This document shows positions 10,174-23,998 of a DNA stretch of 64,000 nt, one piece after another. A program made the translations under genes and the position numbers. The stretch's first letter is position 1. Each line of letters opens with the position of its first letter. The notes under the pieces are model-generated. The model worked only from the letters and a program-made list of their open reading frames with translations, searched no databases and was not told the DNA's origin. Source of the DNA: Escherichia coli (GTDB taxonomy: Bacteria; Pseudomonadota; Gammaproteobacteria; Enterobacterales; Enterobacteriaceae); NCBI RefSeq assembly GCF_044324875.1, contig NZ_CP172185.1; one strand, given 5' to 3'.

Positions 10174-11067
10174 TCAGCGAACAACATCCGCCAGCGCCTC
10201 TTCTAAATCGTACCAGCGAAACGCAAAACCCGCTTCTTCCAGCCGTTTAGGCAATGCTCGTTGTCCACCTAATACCAGCACTGAAGATTCGCCCATTAAC
10301 AGTCGAATGGCGGTCACAGGGACGCGCAAAATGGCCGGGCGATGCAGCGCATGACCGAGCGCATGGGCAAATTGTTCATTGCGTACCGGGTAGGGCGAAA
10401 CCATATTAAATGGTCCACGCAGCTCGTTATCCAGCAGCCAGAGAATGCCGTTGACCATATCATCAATATGAATCCAGGCCAGATACTGCCGACCGGAGCC
10501 AATCGGCCCGCCCAGACCAAGACGAAACGGCGGCAGCATTTTACCGAGAATACCGCCATCCGGTGCCAGCACTACGCCGGTACGCAGCAGGCACACTCGC
10601 GTTTTGTCACTTTGCGCCCGGCAGGCAATCTCTTCCCAGCGGGCGCAGAGTTTATGAGTAAATTCGTTATGCGGCGGTTCCTCTTCGGTAACCACCACTT
10701 CACCTAAGTCGCCATAATAGCCCGTTGCCGAGCCGGAAATGAGTACCGACGGCGGCGTGTCGCTGGCATTAATCAAATCGACCAGTTTTTGCGTGATATT
10801 CCAGCGGCTTTGGCAGAGACGCTCTTTTTGCTCGTGAGTCCAGCGTTTATCAGCAATCGGCTCTCCGGCCAGGTTGATTACCGCATCAACGCCGTTGAGG
10901 TTACTTTGATCGGCAAGCCCTTGCCATAGTGTCACCCGAGGGCCGAGAACGGAACTGGCTTTCTGCGGGTTACGCGTCACTACCGTGATTTGATGGCCCA
11001 GATCCAGCAAACGCGGAATCAAATGGCGACCAATTAATCCCGTCCCTCCGGTGATCACTATGTTCAT
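10174..11067 (-). CDS. yfcH: NAD-dependent epimerase/dehydratase family protein (SDR-like)
   Basis: 297 aa; N-terminal [16 protein letters not shown]ossmann motif. Confidence 0.8.
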   Translation of the reverse strand: MNIVITGGTGLIGRHLIPRLLDLGHQITVVTRNPQKASSVLGPRVTLWQGLADQSNLNGVDAVINLAGEPIADKRWTHEQKERLCQSRWNITQKLVDLINASDTPPSVLISGSATGYYGDLGEVVVTEEEPPHNEFTHKLCARWEEIACRAQSDKTRVCLLRTGVVLAPDGGILGKMLPPFRLGLGGPIGSGRQYLAWIHIDDMVNGILWLLDNELRGPFNMVSPYPVRNEQFAHALGHALHRPAILRVPVTAIRLLMGESSVLVLGGQRALPKRLEEAGFAFRWYDLEEALADVVR

Positions 11068-11087
11068 GCAGCCTCCCGATATGGCGG

Positions 11088-11450
11088 TTAACGCTGCCAG
11101 CTTAAGGTCATGGATACCGAATCGGCGTAGCGCAGCGCGTGCAGTTTATCGATCTCCACTTCAGCATACGTCACCCAGTGATGTTCACGTGCGATATCGA
11201 GCACATCCTGAGTTAATTTTTCCAGCAAAGAGAAACGGTTATTCTCTACATGCTGAATAATGTTTTTCGTTACAGTGCGATAATTCAGCGCATCGTTGAT
11301 ATCTTCGCTAGTGCGCGCTTTATCGGCGGGGTAGTGGATCGTCACATTGATAACAATATCCTGACGGTTGTTAATTTCTTCTTCCTTAATTCCGATAAAC
11401 GTACGTAAACGAAGGTTCTTTATACGAATAATAGCGGCAGGTTGTGCCAT
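11088..11450 (-). CDS. folX: dihydroneopterin triphosphate 2'-epimerase
   Basis: 120 aa FolB/FolX-fold protein, 20 bp upstream of yfcH on the same strand. Confidence 0.85.
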
Positions 11451-11506
11451 TGCAGGTTCTCCGTTGTTTTACTTAGGATGAAATAATACACGAGAACCTG
11501 TTTCTG

Positions 11507-12985
<1,479 letters not shown>

Positions 12986-12988
12986 TGA

Positions 12989-13543
12989 GTGATGAAACTG
13001 ATGTTTGCATCGGACATTCATGGGTCGTTACCGGCGACGGAACGTGTTCTGGAGTTGTTTGCCCAAAGCGGTGCCCAGTGGCTGGTGATCCTTGGCGACG
13101 TGTTGAATCACGGCCCGCGTAATGCTTTACCGGAGGGTTACGCGCCAGCCAAAGTCGCTGAACGGCTTAATGAAGTGGCACATAAGGTTATCGCTGTGCG
13201 CGGCAACTGCGACAGCGAAGTGGATCAAATGCTTTTGCATTTCCCGATAACCGCGCCGTGGCAACAGGTATTACTGGAAAAACAACGTCTGTTTTTGACG
13301 CATGGTCATCTGTTTGGGCCGGAAAATCTGCCTGCTTTAAACCAGAACGATGTGCTGGTGTACGGTCATACCCATCTGCCAGTGGCAGAACAGCGGGGGG
13401 AGATTTTCCACTTCAACCCCGGCTCGGTGAGTATTCCTAAAGGCGGTAATCCGGCGAGTTATGGCATGCTGGATAATGACGTACTTAGTGTAATCGCACT
13501 CAATGATCAAAGTATCATTGCGCAGGTCGCGATTAATCCGTAA
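12989..13543 (+). CDS. yfcE: metallophosphoesterase (phosphodiesterase)
   Basis: 184 aa; calcineurin-like motifs DIHG, GDVLNHGPRN, GNCD. Confidence 0.8.
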   Translation: MMKLMFASDIHGSLPATERVLELFAQSGAQWLVILGDVLNHGPRNALPEGYAPAKVAERLNEVAHKVIAVRGNCDSEVDQMLLHFPITAPWQQVLLEKQRLFLTHGHLFGPENLPALNQNDVLVYGHTHLPVAEQRGEIFHFNPGSVSIPKGGNPASYGMLDNDVLSVIALNDQSIIAQVAINP

Positions 13544-13600
13544 TTTACCCACAACTCAAAATGCGCCGTAAGAGCGCCAGAAAAAGAAGGTTTCCTGATA

Positions 13601-14143
13601 ATGGAACAGCGTCGTTTGGCAAGTACTGAATGGGTGGATATTGTCAATGAAGAGAACGAAGTCATTGCACAAGCCAGCCGGGAACAAATGCGGGCACAGT
13701 GTCTGCGTCATCGTGCAACTTACATCGTCGTGCATGATGGCATGGGCAAAATTCTGGTCCAGCGTCGTACCGAGACAAAAGACTTTTTACCCGGCATGTT
13801 AGATGCGACCGCAGGCGGTGTAGTCCAGGCCGATGAGCAACTGCTGGAATCCGCGCGTCGCGAAGCGGAAGAAGAGTTGGGCATTGCCGGTGTCCCCTTT
13901 GCCGAGCACGGGCAGTTCTATTTCGAAGATAAAAATTGCCGTGTGTGGGGCGCGTTGTTCAGTTGCGTCTCTCACGGTCCCTTCGCCCTACAGGAAGATG
14001 AAGTCAGTGAAGTTTGCTGGCTGACACCGGAAGAAATCACCGCACGCTGCGATGAGTTCACTCCAGACTCGCTGAAAGCGCTGGCGTTGTGGATGAAGCG
14101 CAATGCCAAAAATGAAGCCGTAGAGACTGAAACGGCAGAATGA
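13601..14143 (+). CDS. yfcD: Nudix hydrolase
   Basis: 180 aa; Nudix box [23 protein letters not shown]. Confidence 0.8.
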
Positions 14144-14177
14144 AAAAAGAGCCGCAATTGCGGCTCTTAACATTTTT
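14143..14177. terminator. bidirectional hairpin terminator between convergent yfcD and yfcC
   Basis: aaaaaagagccgcaattgcggctctt...ttttt: perfect stem flanked by A-run and T-run. Confidence 0.7.
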
Positions 14178-15696
14178 AGTGGTAGCCCATCAACTGAGCG
14201 CCGATCACCACGACGCTGGACATAATAAACAGCAGTCCAAGCAGTGTCGCGCCCACCTTCAGCCAGTTACGGAAGTCCACCCGGCAAACACCTAGCGTTG
14301 CCATTAACGAAGCTGAGGTCGGGTAAATGATGTGGCTGAAGCCATCACCAAACTGGAACGCCAGCACGGTAACCTGACGGTTAACACCGACCAGATCGCC
14401 AAGCGGTGCCAGTAACGGCATGGTTAACGCCGCCTGACCAGAACCGGACGTCACGAAGAAATTAAATACCGCCTGGAAGAGCAACATAAACCAGGCCGCG
14501 ACCGCATTGTCCAGACCGCTAATGGCATTGGCAATGCTGTTGAGGATGGTATTTAACACGCTGGCATCACCCGCTTCACCATTACCGACCAGCAGCAAAA
14601 TCCCTTTGGCGAAACCCACCAGCAGGGCAGGGGCGATCATCATTCGCGCCCCTTCGGTAAAGGATGAAGCCATGGTATTAACCGTCATGCCGTTAAGGCG
14701 GAAAACAACGCCGATGATGCCAATCACCAGACCCATGGTGAAGAACTGGCTGGCAATTTCTGGAATAAACCAGGCATTAACGATCACGCCCCAAATCACC
14801 CAGACCATTACGGCGGTCAGGACAATCAATACCAGCCAGTCACCAAAGGTAAACGGACGTTGTTCAACATCCGCCTGCTTTTCACGAAAGAAGCGGTCGG
14901 ACTCATGCACGCGTGACAGAAGAGGATTCTTTTTCACTCGTGAGGCGTACACCATGGTAAAGATCAGGCCAATCAGAGTGGCGATAACCCACACCACGAT
15001 GCGCAACCCGGAGCCAGAAAGCACCGGAACGCCGGCAATCCCCTGAGCAACAACCACACAAAACGGGTTCATCCACGAACTGGCAAAACCGATTTGCGTG
15101 GCGATATAGGTCACCAGGACGGTGGTAATACTGTCATAGCCCAGCCGGACCATTAGCGGTGCGATGATAATGGCAAAGGCGACGGCCTCTTCTCCCATAC
15201 CAAATACCGCGCCGCCAAGTGAAAACAGAATAAAGAGCGCAGGAATAAAGAGAATTTCATTTCCGCGGGTATGGCGAATAAGCGCCAGGATACCGTTATC
15301 AATGGTTCCTGTACGCATCACAATGCCAAACGCGCCGCCAATCACCAGCATAAACATGATGATGCCAACGGCTGTCCCGTATTTCGATCCTGAGGTTAAC
15401 CCTTCAAACGGGAAGTTCATCAGACCCGGGCGTTCATCGCCCGTCGTGAACAGCTGTACGCGGTGATACTCAGGTTCGCCTGCTTCGTTAGTCAGAATGC
15501 GAAAAGAGTGTGGATCTACGACTTTGCGAGTTTTTGTTTGACCATCAACCTGATACTGCACTTCCTGACTGTCAAACATGCCCACCGGAACTACCCAGGT
15601 GGCAAGGCTGGTTAAAATAGCAACAAAAAAGATAATCACCAACGTATCGGGCATTGCCCATCTTCTTGTTGGTTTAGATTCAGTGATTGCGGACAT
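14176..15696 (-). CDS. yfcC: inner-membrane transporter, YfcC/C4-dicarboxylate anaerobic carrier family
   Basis: Large polytopic membrane ORF; ATG at 15696 (MSAITESKPTRR...) preferred over the in-frame GTG at 15717 used in the track. Confidence 0.8.
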   Translation of the reverse strand: MSAITESKPTRRWAMPDTLVIIFFVAILTSLATWVVPVGMFDSQEVQYQVDGQTKTRKVVDPHSFRILTNEAGEPEYHRVQLFTTGDERPGLMNFPFEGLTSGSKYGTAVGIIMFMLVIGGAFGIVMRTGTIDNGILALIRHTRGNEILFIPALFILFSLGGAVFGMGEEAVAFAIIIAPLMVRLGYDSITTVLVTYIATQIGFASSWMNPFCVVVAQGIAGVPVLSGSGLRIVVWVIATLIGLIFTMVYASRVKKNPLLSRVHESDRFFREKQADVEQRPFTFGDWLVLIVLTAVMVWVIWGVIVNAWFIPEIASQFFTMGLVIGIIGVVFRLNGMTVNTMASSFTEGARMMIAPALLVGFAKGILLLVGNGEAGDASVLNTILNSIANAISGLDNAVAAWFMLLFQAVFNFFVTSGSGQAALTMPLLAPLGDLVGVNRQVTVLAFQFGDGFSHIIYPTSASLMATLGVCRVDFRNWLKVGATLLGLLFIMSSVVVIGAQLMGYH

Positions 15697-15811
15697 AGCG
15701 CAAATATTCCCTTGCACAAAACAAAGTGGTAAGTATGCAAAGTGAGATGGCGCAATTCATTGATGCAGCGCAGTTAAGCAAGATAATCAGAAAGGATTAA
15801 TGCAAATTAAG

Positions 15812-15876
15812 AGAATAAAAAACCGGAAATAGTCACTATTTCCGGTTCCGATATCCGCAGCGCAAAGCTGCGGATG
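15812..15876 (-). terminator. pta terminator region (two hairpins, one with T-tract)
   Basis: Minus-strand hairpins ccgcagc-tttgc-gctgcgg and aaccggaaatagtgactatttccggtt followed by tttttt, directly downstream of the pta stop. Confidence 0.7.
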
Positions 15877-15885
15877 ATGACGAGA

Positions 15886-18030
15886 TTACTGCTGCTGTGC
15901 AGACTGAATCGCAGTCAGCGCGATGGTGTAGACGATATCGTCAACCAGTGCGCCACGGGACAGGTCGTTAACCGGCTTGCGCATACCCTGCAGCATCGGC
16001 CCGATGGAGATCAGGTCGGCAGAACGCTGTACCGCTTTGTAGGTGGTGTTACCGGTGTTCAGATCCGGGAAGATGAACACGGTAGCGCGACCTGCAACCG
16101 GAGAGTTCGGCGCTTTGGATTTCGCAACGTCAGCCATTACCGCAGCGTCGTACTGCAGCGGACCGTCGATCATCAGGTCAGGACGTTTTTCCTGCGCCAG
16201 ACGAGTTGCTTCGCGAACTTTTTCTACGTCGCTACCAGCACCAGAAGTCCCGGTGGAGTAGGAGAGCATAGCAACGCGCGGTTCGATACCGAAGGCCGCA
16301 GCGGAATCAGCGGACTGAATCGCGATTTCTGCCAGCTGTTCTGCGGTCGGATCCGGGTTGATCGCACAGTCACCGTAAACGTAAACCTGTTCCGGCAGCA
16401 GCATGAAGAACACGGAAGATACCAGGGAGCTGCCCGGTGCAGTTTTGATCAGCTGCAGCGGCGGACGGATGGTGTTTGCGGTGGTGTGAACAGCACCGGA
16501 AACCAGACCATCAACTTCATCCTGTTCCAGCATCAGCGTACCGAGAACCACGTTGTCTTCCAGCTGTTCGCGGGCAACGGTTTCGGTCATGCCTTTGTTC
16601 TTACGCAGTTCGACCAGACGACCAACATAGCTTTCGCGAACCACTTCTGGATCAACGATTTCAATGCCTGCACCCAGTTCTACACCCTGAGACGCTGCAA
16701 CACGGTTGATCTCTGCCGGATTACCCAGCAGTACGCAAGTTGCGATACCACGTTCAGCACAGATAGCGGCTGCTTTAACGGTACGCGGTTCGTCACCTTC
16801 CGGCAGAACGATACGTTTGCCCGCTTTGCGCGCAAGTTCGGTCAGCTGATAACGGAACGCTGGCGGAGACAGACGACGGCTGCGCTCAGAAGTGGCAGTC
16901 AGAGAATCGATCCAGTCAGCGTTGATGTAGTTAGCAACGTATTCCTGAACTTTCTCGATACGCTCGTGATCGTCAACCGGAACTTCCAGGTTGAAGCTCT
17001 GCAGGCTCAGAGAAGTCTGCCAGGTGTTGGTGTTCACCATAAATACCGGCAGGCCGGTAGCGAAAGCACGTTCGCACAGTTTAGAAATGCGCGCGTCCAT
17101 TTCGTAGCCGCCAGTCAGCAGCAGGGCACCGATTTCTACGCCGTTCATGGCTGCCAGGCACGCGGCAACCAGCACGTCAGGGCGGTCTGCGGAAGTCACC
17201 AGCAGAGAACCGGCACGGAAGTGCTCCAGCATGTGCGGAATGCTGCGTGCGCAGAAAGTGACGGATTTAACGCGGCGAGTATTGATGTCGCCTTCGTTGA
17301 TGATGGTCGCATTCAGGTGGCGAGCCATATCGATCGCACGAGTCGCGATCAGGTCAAAGCTCCACGGCACAGCGCCGAGAACCGGCAGCGGGCTGGATTC
17401 TTGCAGCTTCGCCGGATCAACATTGTTTACTTTAGCTTTGGAAGAGTCGTCGAAAATCTCGGACAGATCCGGGCGAGTACGACCCTGTTCATCAACCGGT
17501 GCGTTCAGTTTGTTAACGATAACGCCGGTGATGTTGGTGTTTTTGGCACCGCCGAAGCTGTTGCGGGTCAGTTCGATACGCTCTTTCAGCTGTTCCGGGG
17601 TGTCAGTGCCCTGAGACATAACGAAGACGATTTCCGCATTCAGCGTTTTAGCGATTTCGTAGTTCAGAGACTGGGCAAACTGGTGCTTACGTGTCGGGAC
17701 CAGACCTTCAACCAGAACGACTTCAGCGTCTTTGGTGTTAGCGTGGTAGTTTGCGACGATCTCTTCCATCAGCACATCTTTCTGATTGCTGGAAAGCAGA
17801 CCTTCAACGTAGCTCATTTTCAGCGGTTCAGCGGCCGTCGTGGTGGAAGAGTTCGCACGCACGATAGTGGTAGTCTGATCGGGCGCATCGCCACCGGTAC
17901 GCGGCTGAGCGATAGGTTTGAAAACGCTCAGACGAACGCCTTTGCGTTCCATTGCACGGATCACGCCAAGGCTGACGCTGGTCAGACCGACGCTGGTTCC
18001 GGTAGGGATCAGCATAATAATACGGGACAC
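15886..18030 (-). CDS. pta: phosphate acetyltransferase
   Basis: 714 aa with N-terminal [28 protein letters not shown] and C-terminal PTA domain. Confidence 0.97.
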   Translation of the reverse strand: MSRIIMLIPTGTSVGLTSVSLGVIRAMERKGVRLSVFKPIAQPRTGGDAPDQTTTIVRANSSTTTAAEPLKMSYVEGLLSSNQKDVLMEEIVANYHANTKDAEVVLVEGLVPTRKHQFAQSLNYEIAKTLNAEIVFVMSQGTDTPEQLKERIELTRNSFGGAKNTNITGVIVNKLNAPVDEQGRTRPDLSEIFDDSSKAKVNNVDPAKLQESSPLPVLGAVPWSFDLIATRAIDMARHLNATIINEGDINTRRVKSVTFCARSIPHMLEHFRAGSLLVTSADRPDVLVAACLAAMNGVEIGALLLTGGYEMDARISKLCERAFATGLPVFMVNTNTWQTSLSLQSFNLEVPVDDHERIEKVQEYVANYINADWIDSLTATSERSRRLSPPAFRYQLTELARKAGKRIVLPEGDEPRTVKAAAICAERGIATCVLLGNPAEINRVAASQGVELGAGIEIVDPEVVRESYVGRLVELRKNKGMTETVAREQLEDNVVLGTLMLEQDEVDGLVSGAVHTTANTIRPPLQLIKTAPGSSLVSSVFFMLLPEQVYVYGDCAINPDPTAEQLAEIAIQSADSAAAFGIEPRVAMLSYSTGTSGAGSDVEKVREATRLAQEKRPDLMIDGPLQYDAAVMADVAKSKAPNSPVAGRATVFIFPDLNTGNTTYKAVQRSADLISIGPMLQGMRKPVNDLSRGALVDDIVYTIALTAIQSAQQQ

Positions 18031-18104
18031 GGTTTATCCTCTTTCGTTACCGCCGATTTGGCGGGTTACAAAACAGCACCGCCAGCTTAGCTGGCGGTGT
18101 GAAA

Positions 18105-19307
18105 TCAGGCAGTCAGGCGGCTCGCGTCTTGCGCGATAACCAGTTCTTCGTTGGTTGGGATAACCACTGCAGGACGGGTACCTTCTTTGTTGATGAAACC
18201 AGATTTGCCGAAACGTGCAGCCAGGTTGCGTTCATGATCAACTTCAAAGCCCAGCACGCCCAGTTTGCCCAGAGACAGCTCACGAACCATCGCGGCATTT
18301 TCACCGATACCACCGGTGAATACAACAGCGTCCAGACGACCATCCATCAGCGCAGTGTAGGCACCGATGTATTTCGCCAGGCGGTGGCAGTAAACGTCCA
18401 TTGCGCGCTTCGCGTCTTCTTTCGTCGCGTAGTTGTCTTCAACATAGCGGCAGTCGCTGGTCACTTCGGTCAGACCCAGCAGGCCAGACTCTTTGGTCAG
18501 CAGTTTGTTGATTGCGTCAACGCTCATGCCCAGGGTGTCGTGCAGGTGGAAGATGATCGCCGGATCGATATCACCAGAACGGGTACCCATGACCAGACCT
18601 TCCAGCGGGGTCAGGCCCATAGAGGTGTCAACGCATTTACCGTTGCGGATAGCAGAAACGGAACCACCGTTGCCCAGGTGGCAGGTGATGATGTTCAGTT
18701 CTTCTACCGGTTTGTTCAGCATTTTTGCCGCTTCCTGGGTTACATAGAAGTGGCTGGTGCCGTGCGCGCCGTAACGACGGATGCCGTGCTCTTTGTACAG
18801 GTTGTACGGCAAGGCGTAGAGGTAAGACTCTTCCGGCATAGTCTGATGGAACGCGGTGTCAAATACAGCAACGTTTTTGTCTTTCAGCTGTGGGAAAGAT
18901 TTCAGAGCTTCTTCGATACCGATCAGGTGAGCCGGGTTGTGCAGCGGTGCAAAAGAAGCTGCATCTTTGATACCCTGAATAACAGACTCATCGATCACTA
19001 CGGAGCTGGTATACTTTTCGCCGCCGTGTACGATACGGTGACCGATAGCAGTCAGCTGCGCAGACAGTTCTGGTTTTTGTGCCAGAATAGTATTAACGAT
19101 AAAGTTGAGCGCTTCGCTGTGAGCGGCGCCTGCACCTAAAGCCGCTTCCTGTTTATTGCCGTCCATTTTCCATTTGATACGTGCTTCGGGCAGGTGGAAA
19201 CATTCGGCTAAACCAGAAAGGTACTCTTCACCATTTACTGCATCGATGATGGCAAATTTCAGTGAAGAACTACCGCAGTTCAGAACCAGTACTAACTTAC
19301 TCGACAT
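18105..19307 (-). CDS. ackA: acetate kinase
   Basis: 400 aa, N-terminal [20 protein letters not shown]; upstream of pta on the same strand. Confidence 0.97.
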   Translation of the reverse strand: MSSKLVLVLNCGSSSLKFAIIDAVNGEEYLSGLAECFHLPEARIKWKMDGNKQEAALGAGAAHSEALNFIVNTILAQKPELSAQLTAIGHRIVHGGEKYTSSVVIDESVIQGIKDAASFAPLHNPAHLIGIEEALKSFPQLKDKNVAVFDTAFHQTMPEESYLYALPYNLYKEHGIRRYGAHGTSHFYVTQEAAKMLNKPVEELNIITCHLGNGGSVSAIRNGKCVDTSMGLTPLEGLVMGTRSGDIDPAIIFHLHDTLGMSVDAINKLLTKESGLLGLTEVTSDCRYVEDNYATKEDAKRAMDVYCHRLAKYIGAYTALMDGRLDAVVFTGGIGENAAMVRELSLGKLGVLGFEVDHERNLAARFGKSGFINKEGTRPAVVIPTNEELVIAQDASRLTA

Positions 19308-19644
19308 GGAAGTACCTATAATTGATACGTGGCTAAAAAAACGTCAGGGAGCCATAGAGCGTAGCGCATGATGACACCGACATTTATGATTAACATCATG
19401 CACTGCAAATTTTTTTTGCATGATGGAAGAAATATCTTGAGTCTATGCCATTTTGCGTAATTTTCAGCCAATGGCATAATGTATATGAATTTGACGACTC
19501 AATGAATATGTACTACTTAGGCCTTCAGGCTGCTAAAGGATACCTGATAGTGGGTATGGAAGACAAAATGTTTTGAACGTTGTCCCGCTGAGTTGTGAAT
19601 TTGCACAAATTTTTGAATCTTTATATGTGAAGTTGAGGTGAAGC

Positions 19645-20100
19645 ATGTCAACGCCGGATAATCGTTCTGTTAATTTTTTTAGCTTGTTTCGCCGGGGACA
19701 GCATTACTCAAAGACGTGGCCGCTGGAAAAACGCCTTGCCCCGGTCTTTGTCGAAAATCGCGTTATCAAGATGACGCGTTATGCGATCCGTTTTATGCCG
19801 CCGATCGCCGTATTTACTCTCTGCTGGCAGATTGCCCTGGGCGGTCAGCTTGGGCCGGCAGTTGCCACTGCGCTGTTCGCTTTTAGTTTACCCATGCAGG
19901 GATTGTGGTGGCTGGGCAAACGTTCTGTAACGCCATTACCCCCTGCAATCCTTAACTGGTTTTATGAAGTTCGCGGTAAATTGCAGGAGTCTGGACAGGT
20001 GTTGGCACCCGTTGAAGGCAAGCCTGATTACCAGGCATTAGCTGACACGCTTAAGCGCGCCTTCAAACAACTGGATAAAACTTTCCTTGATGATTTGTAA
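19645..20100 (+). CDS. yfbV: UPF0208 family inner-membrane protein
   Basis: 151 aa with two predicted TM segments, divergent from ackA. Confidence 0.75.
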   Translation: MSTPDNRSVNFFSLFRRGQHYSKTWPLEKRLAPVFVENRVIKMTRYAIRFMPPIAVFTLCWQIALGGQLGPAVATALFAFSLPMQGLWWLGKRSVTPLPPAILNWFYEVRGKLQESGQVLAPVEGKPDYQALADTLKRAFKQLDKTFLDDL

Positions 20101-20104
20101 TTGA

Positions 20105-20677
<573 letters not shown>

Positions 20678-20687
20678 GGAGGCCCGC

Positions 20688-21338
20688 GTGCGGTGCAAAG
20701 GTTTTCTGTTTGATCTTGATGGAACGCTGGTGGATTCCCTGCCTGCGGTAGAACGGGCGTGGAGCAACTGGGCCAGACGTCATGGGTTAGCGCCGGAAGA
20801 GGTGCTGGCTTTCATTCACGGTAAACAGGCGATCACCTCTCTGCGCCATTTTATGGCGGGCAAATCCGAGGCTGATATTGCCGCCGAGTTTACGCGTCTG
20901 GAGCAAATCGAGGCCACGGAAACCGAAGGTATTACCGCGCTTCCGGGGGCAATCGCCTTACTCAATCATTTGAATAAAGCAGGTATTCCGTGGGCCATTG
21001 TGACTTCTGGCTCCATGCCGGTAGCGCGAGCGCGCCATAAAATAGCTGGGCTTCCCGCGCCAGAGGTGTTTGTGACCGCTGAGCGAGTGAAGCGCGGAAA
21101 ACCAGAACCTGATGCGTATCTGCTAGGCGCGCAGCTGCTGGGGCTTGCGCCGCAGGAGTGTGTAGTGGTGGAAGATGCTCCCGCTGGCGTGCTTTCTGGC
21201 CTGGCGGCGGGTTGTCATGTCATTGCGGTTAACGCTCCGGCAGATACCCCGCGCCTGAATGAGGTCGATTTGGTCCTCCACAGTCTGGAGCAAATTACTG
21301 TGACCAAACAGCCAAATGGCGATGTTATTATTCAGTGA
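20688..21338 (+). CDS. yfbT: HAD-family sugar phosphatase
   Basis: 216 aa; HAD motif I FLFDLDGTLVDS near the N-terminus. Confidence 0.8.
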   Translation: MRCKGFLFDLDGTLVDSLPAVERAWSNWARRHGLAPEEVLAFIHGKQAITSLRHFMAGKSEADIAAEFTRLEQIEATETEGITALPGAIALLNHLNKAGIPWAIVTSGSMPVARARHKIAGLPAPEVFVTAERVKRGKPEPDAYLLGAQLLGLAPQECVVVEDAPAGVLSGLAAGCHVIAVNAPADTPRLNEVDLVLHSLEQITVTKQPNGDVIIQ

Positions 21339-21356
21339 AACACCTGATCATGATTT

Positions 21357-21383
21357 AGCCCCGTCTCGTCGGGGCTTTTTTAT
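21357..21383 (+). terminator. rho-independent terminator after yfbT
   Basis: gccccg-tctcgt-cggggc followed by tttttat. Confidence 0.7.
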
Positions 21384-21424
21384 GGCAGAATCAAGTCATC
21401 CCCCTCAATTAACAAGGATAAGTT

Positions 21425-23257
21425 GTGAACGGTGAATTGATTTGGGTTCTTTCATTACTGGCCGTTGCCATCATCTTGTTTGCGACGGGCAGAGTGCGTA
21501 TGGATGCGGTCGCTTTGTTTGTTATTGTCGCGTTTGCATTAAGCGGAACGCTGACGGTCCCCGAAGTATTTTCCGGCTTTTCCGATCCTAACGTTGTCCT
21601 GATTGCCGCCTTGTTCATTATTGGCGATGGTTTGGTCCGTACCGGTGTTGCCACTGTAATGGGGACATGGCTGGTCAAAGTGGCGGGCAACAGTGAAATC
21701 AAAATGTTGGTTTTGTTGATGCTGACCGTCGCGGGGCTTGGCGCGTTTATGAGTTCAACCGGCGTTGTCGCTATCTTTATTCCCGTGGTGTTAAGCGTTG
21801 CCATGCGTATGCAAACGTCGCCGTCGCGCCTGATGATGCCGTTAAGTTTTGCCGGGCTGATAAGCGGCATGATGACGCTGGTGGCGACGCCGCCGAACCT
21901 GGTAGTCAACAGTGAATTGCTGCGTGAAGGCTATCATGGTTTTAGTTTCTTTAGCGTAACACCTATTGGCCTGGTCGTGCTGGTGCTGGGTATTTTGTAT
22001 ATGTTAGTGATGCGTTTCATGCTGAAAGGGGATACCCAGACCCCGCAGCGCGAAGGCTGGACGCGCCGAACCTTTCGCGATCTTATCCGTGAATATCGAC
22101 TGACCGGGCGTGCGCGTCGTCTGGCTATTCGCCCCGGTTCGCCAATGATTGGTCAACGGCTGGACGATCTCAAACTACGTGAGCGTTATGGCGCTAACGT
22201 CATCGGTGTTGAACGCTGGCGGCGTTTTCGTCGCGTTATCGTGAATGTTAACGGGGTTTCTGAATTTCGCGCGCGTGACGTTTTGCTTATTGATATGTCT
22301 GCGGCTGATGTCGATCTCCGGCAATTTTGTAGTGAGCAGTTGCTGGAGCCGATGGTACTACGCGGCGAGTATTTTTCTGACCAGGCACTTGATGTGGGCA
22401 TGGCAGAGATTTCATTAATTCCTGAGTCTGAACTTATTGGTAAATCGGTGCGCGAAATTGGTTTTCGTACCCGCTACGGACTGAATGTGGTGGGGCTAAA
22501 GCGCAATGGCGAGGCGATGGAAGGTTCGCTGGCGGATGAGCCTCTGCTGCTGGGCGATATCATCCTGGTTGTGGGTAACTGGAAACTGATCGGTATGCTG
22601 GCAAAACAGGGGCGTGACTTTGTGGCGCTGAACTTACCAGAAGAAGTGAGTGAAGCATCGCCAGCACACAGTCAGGCACCTCATGCCATTTTTTGCCTGG
22701 TGTTGATGGTGGCGTTAATGCTTACCGATGAAATCCCTAATCCTGTTGCCGCTATCATCGCCTGCCTGCTGATGGGGAAATTCCGCTGTATCGATGCTGA
22801 AAGCGCCTATAAATCCATTCACTGGCCGAGCATTATTTTGATCGTTGGGATGATGCCGTTTGCTGTGGCATTACAGAAAACGGGAGGTGTCGCGCTGGCG
22901 GTGAAAGGGCTGATGGACATTGGCGGCGGTTATGGGCCACATATGATGCTGGGTTGTTTGTTTGTCTTGTCGGCGGTTATTGGGCTGTTTATCTCTAATA
23001 CCGCTACGGCGGTGTTGATGGCTCCGATTGCGCTGGCTGCTGCCAAAACGATGGGTGTGTCGCCTTATCCATTTGCGATGGTCGTGGCGATGGCAGCATC
23101 CGCCGCCTTTATGACGCCGGTTTCTTCACCTGTTAACACACTGGTTTTAGGTCCGGGAAATTACAGCTTCAGTGACTTTGTGAAGTTGGGGGTACCGTTC
23201 ACCATTATCGTGATGGCGGTTTGTGTGGTGATGATCCCGATGCTGTTTCCGTTTTGA
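21425..23257 (+). CDS. yfbS: transporter with central TrkA-C (RCK_C) domains, SLC13/DASS-like permease
   Basis: 610 aa; polytopic N- and C-terminal halves separated by a soluble region; GTG start preceded by AAGGA. Confidence 0.8.
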   Translation: MNGELIWVLSLLAVAIILFATGRVRMDAVALFVIVAFALSGTLTVPEVFSGFSDPNVVLIAALFIIGDGLVRTGVATVMGTWLVKVAGNSEIKMLVLLMLTVAGLGAFMSSTGVVAIFIPVVLSVAMRMQTSPSRLMMPLSFAGLISGMMTLVATPPNLVVNSELLREGYHGFSFFSVTPIGLVVLVLGILYMLVMRFMLKGDTQTPQREGWTRRTFRDLIREYRLTGRARRLAIRPGSPMIGQRLDDLKLRERYGANVIGVERWRRFRRVIVNVNGVSEFRARDVLLIDMSAADVDLRQFCSEQLLEPMVLRGEYFSDQALDVGMAEISLIPESELIGKSVREIGFRTRYGLNVVGLKRNGEAMEGSLADEPLLLGDIILVVGNWKLIGMLAKQGRDFVALNLPEEVSEASPAHSQAPHAIFCLVLMVALMLTDEIPNPVAAIIACLLMGKFRCIDAESAYKSIHWPSIILIVGMMPFAVALQKTGGVALAVKGLMDIGGGYGPHMMLGCLFVLSAVIGLFISNTATAVLMAPIALAAAKTMGVSPYPFAMVVAMAASAAFMTPVSSPVNTLVLGPGNYSFSDFVKLGVPFTIIVMAVCVVMIPMLFPF

Positions 23258-23263
23258 CAAGAG

Positions 23264-23302
23264 CCTGATGTCGCATCCGGCGCTTATTGCCTGATGCGAC
23301 GC
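23264..23302. repeat. REP element
   Basis: gcctgatgtcgcatccggcgcttattgcctgatgcgacgc between convergent yfbS and yfbR. Confidence 0.75.
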
Positions 23303-23315
23303 AGACTCCAGCTGC

Positions 23316-23915
23316 TTACAGCGGTGAATCCTGGCTAATCTCATCGAGCGAAAGATGGAAGCTGGGAACAAAGACTTCCATGAAGTAGTCCATCTCCTGG
23401 CTGCGGCGCGCTTCAAGCGTCGCTTCCAGTCGCGTTTTTGCCAGCAAGAATTCATTATTTCCCGCCGCGAGTTCTTCCAGACATTTCAGATATGCACACA
23501 GTGCATCTGCCTGTTTCACCAGCGATTTTTCTTCATCGCTATATGCATGCTCGTCAATTAACGGCGCAAAGATATCCCGCAGCTCTTCCGGAACCATATC
23601 GACCAGTTTTTGCTGAGCGATTTTTTCAATCGCCTTGTACTCCTGAGCGATTTGCGAATTGAAGTATTTCACCGGAGTAGGGAGATCGCCGGTGAGCACT
23701 TCTGAGGCATCGTGGTACATCGCCAGTAAAGCGATACGTTCGGCGTTGACATTACCGCCAAATTTCCGATTTTTGATAGCTGCCAGCGCATGGGCGACCA
23801 TCGCTACCTGCAAACTGTGTTCGGACACATTTTCAGTCCGCACGTTGCGCATCAGCGGCCAGCGGTTAATGAGTTTCAGGCGGGAGAGATGGGCAAAAAA
23901 ATGGCTCTGTTTCAT
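23316..23915 (-). CDS. yfbR: 5'-deoxynucleotidase (HD domain)
   Basis: 199 aa with HD-domain motifs (SEHS...HDASE). Confidence 0.8.
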
Positions 23916-23998
23916 AGTGACCTTACGTATGATGACATCATCAGGTCATTGTGGCGGGATAACACTGCCGGATGCAATCTCCGGCAGTGAAATTAAGA

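Noticed and set aside
14507-15046. 179 aa ORF on the plus strand
   Set aside because: Lies inside and antisense to yfcC; no independent support
15874-18090. 738 aa ORF on the plus strand
   Set aside because: It is exactly antisense to pta, whose product has strong identifiable homology. The plus-strand translation is low-complexity and Arg/Val-rich, as expected for a shadow frame of a GC-biased gene
18099-19139. 346 aa ORF on the plus strand
   Set aside because: Antisense shadow of ackA; no ribosome-binding site and no recognisable domain
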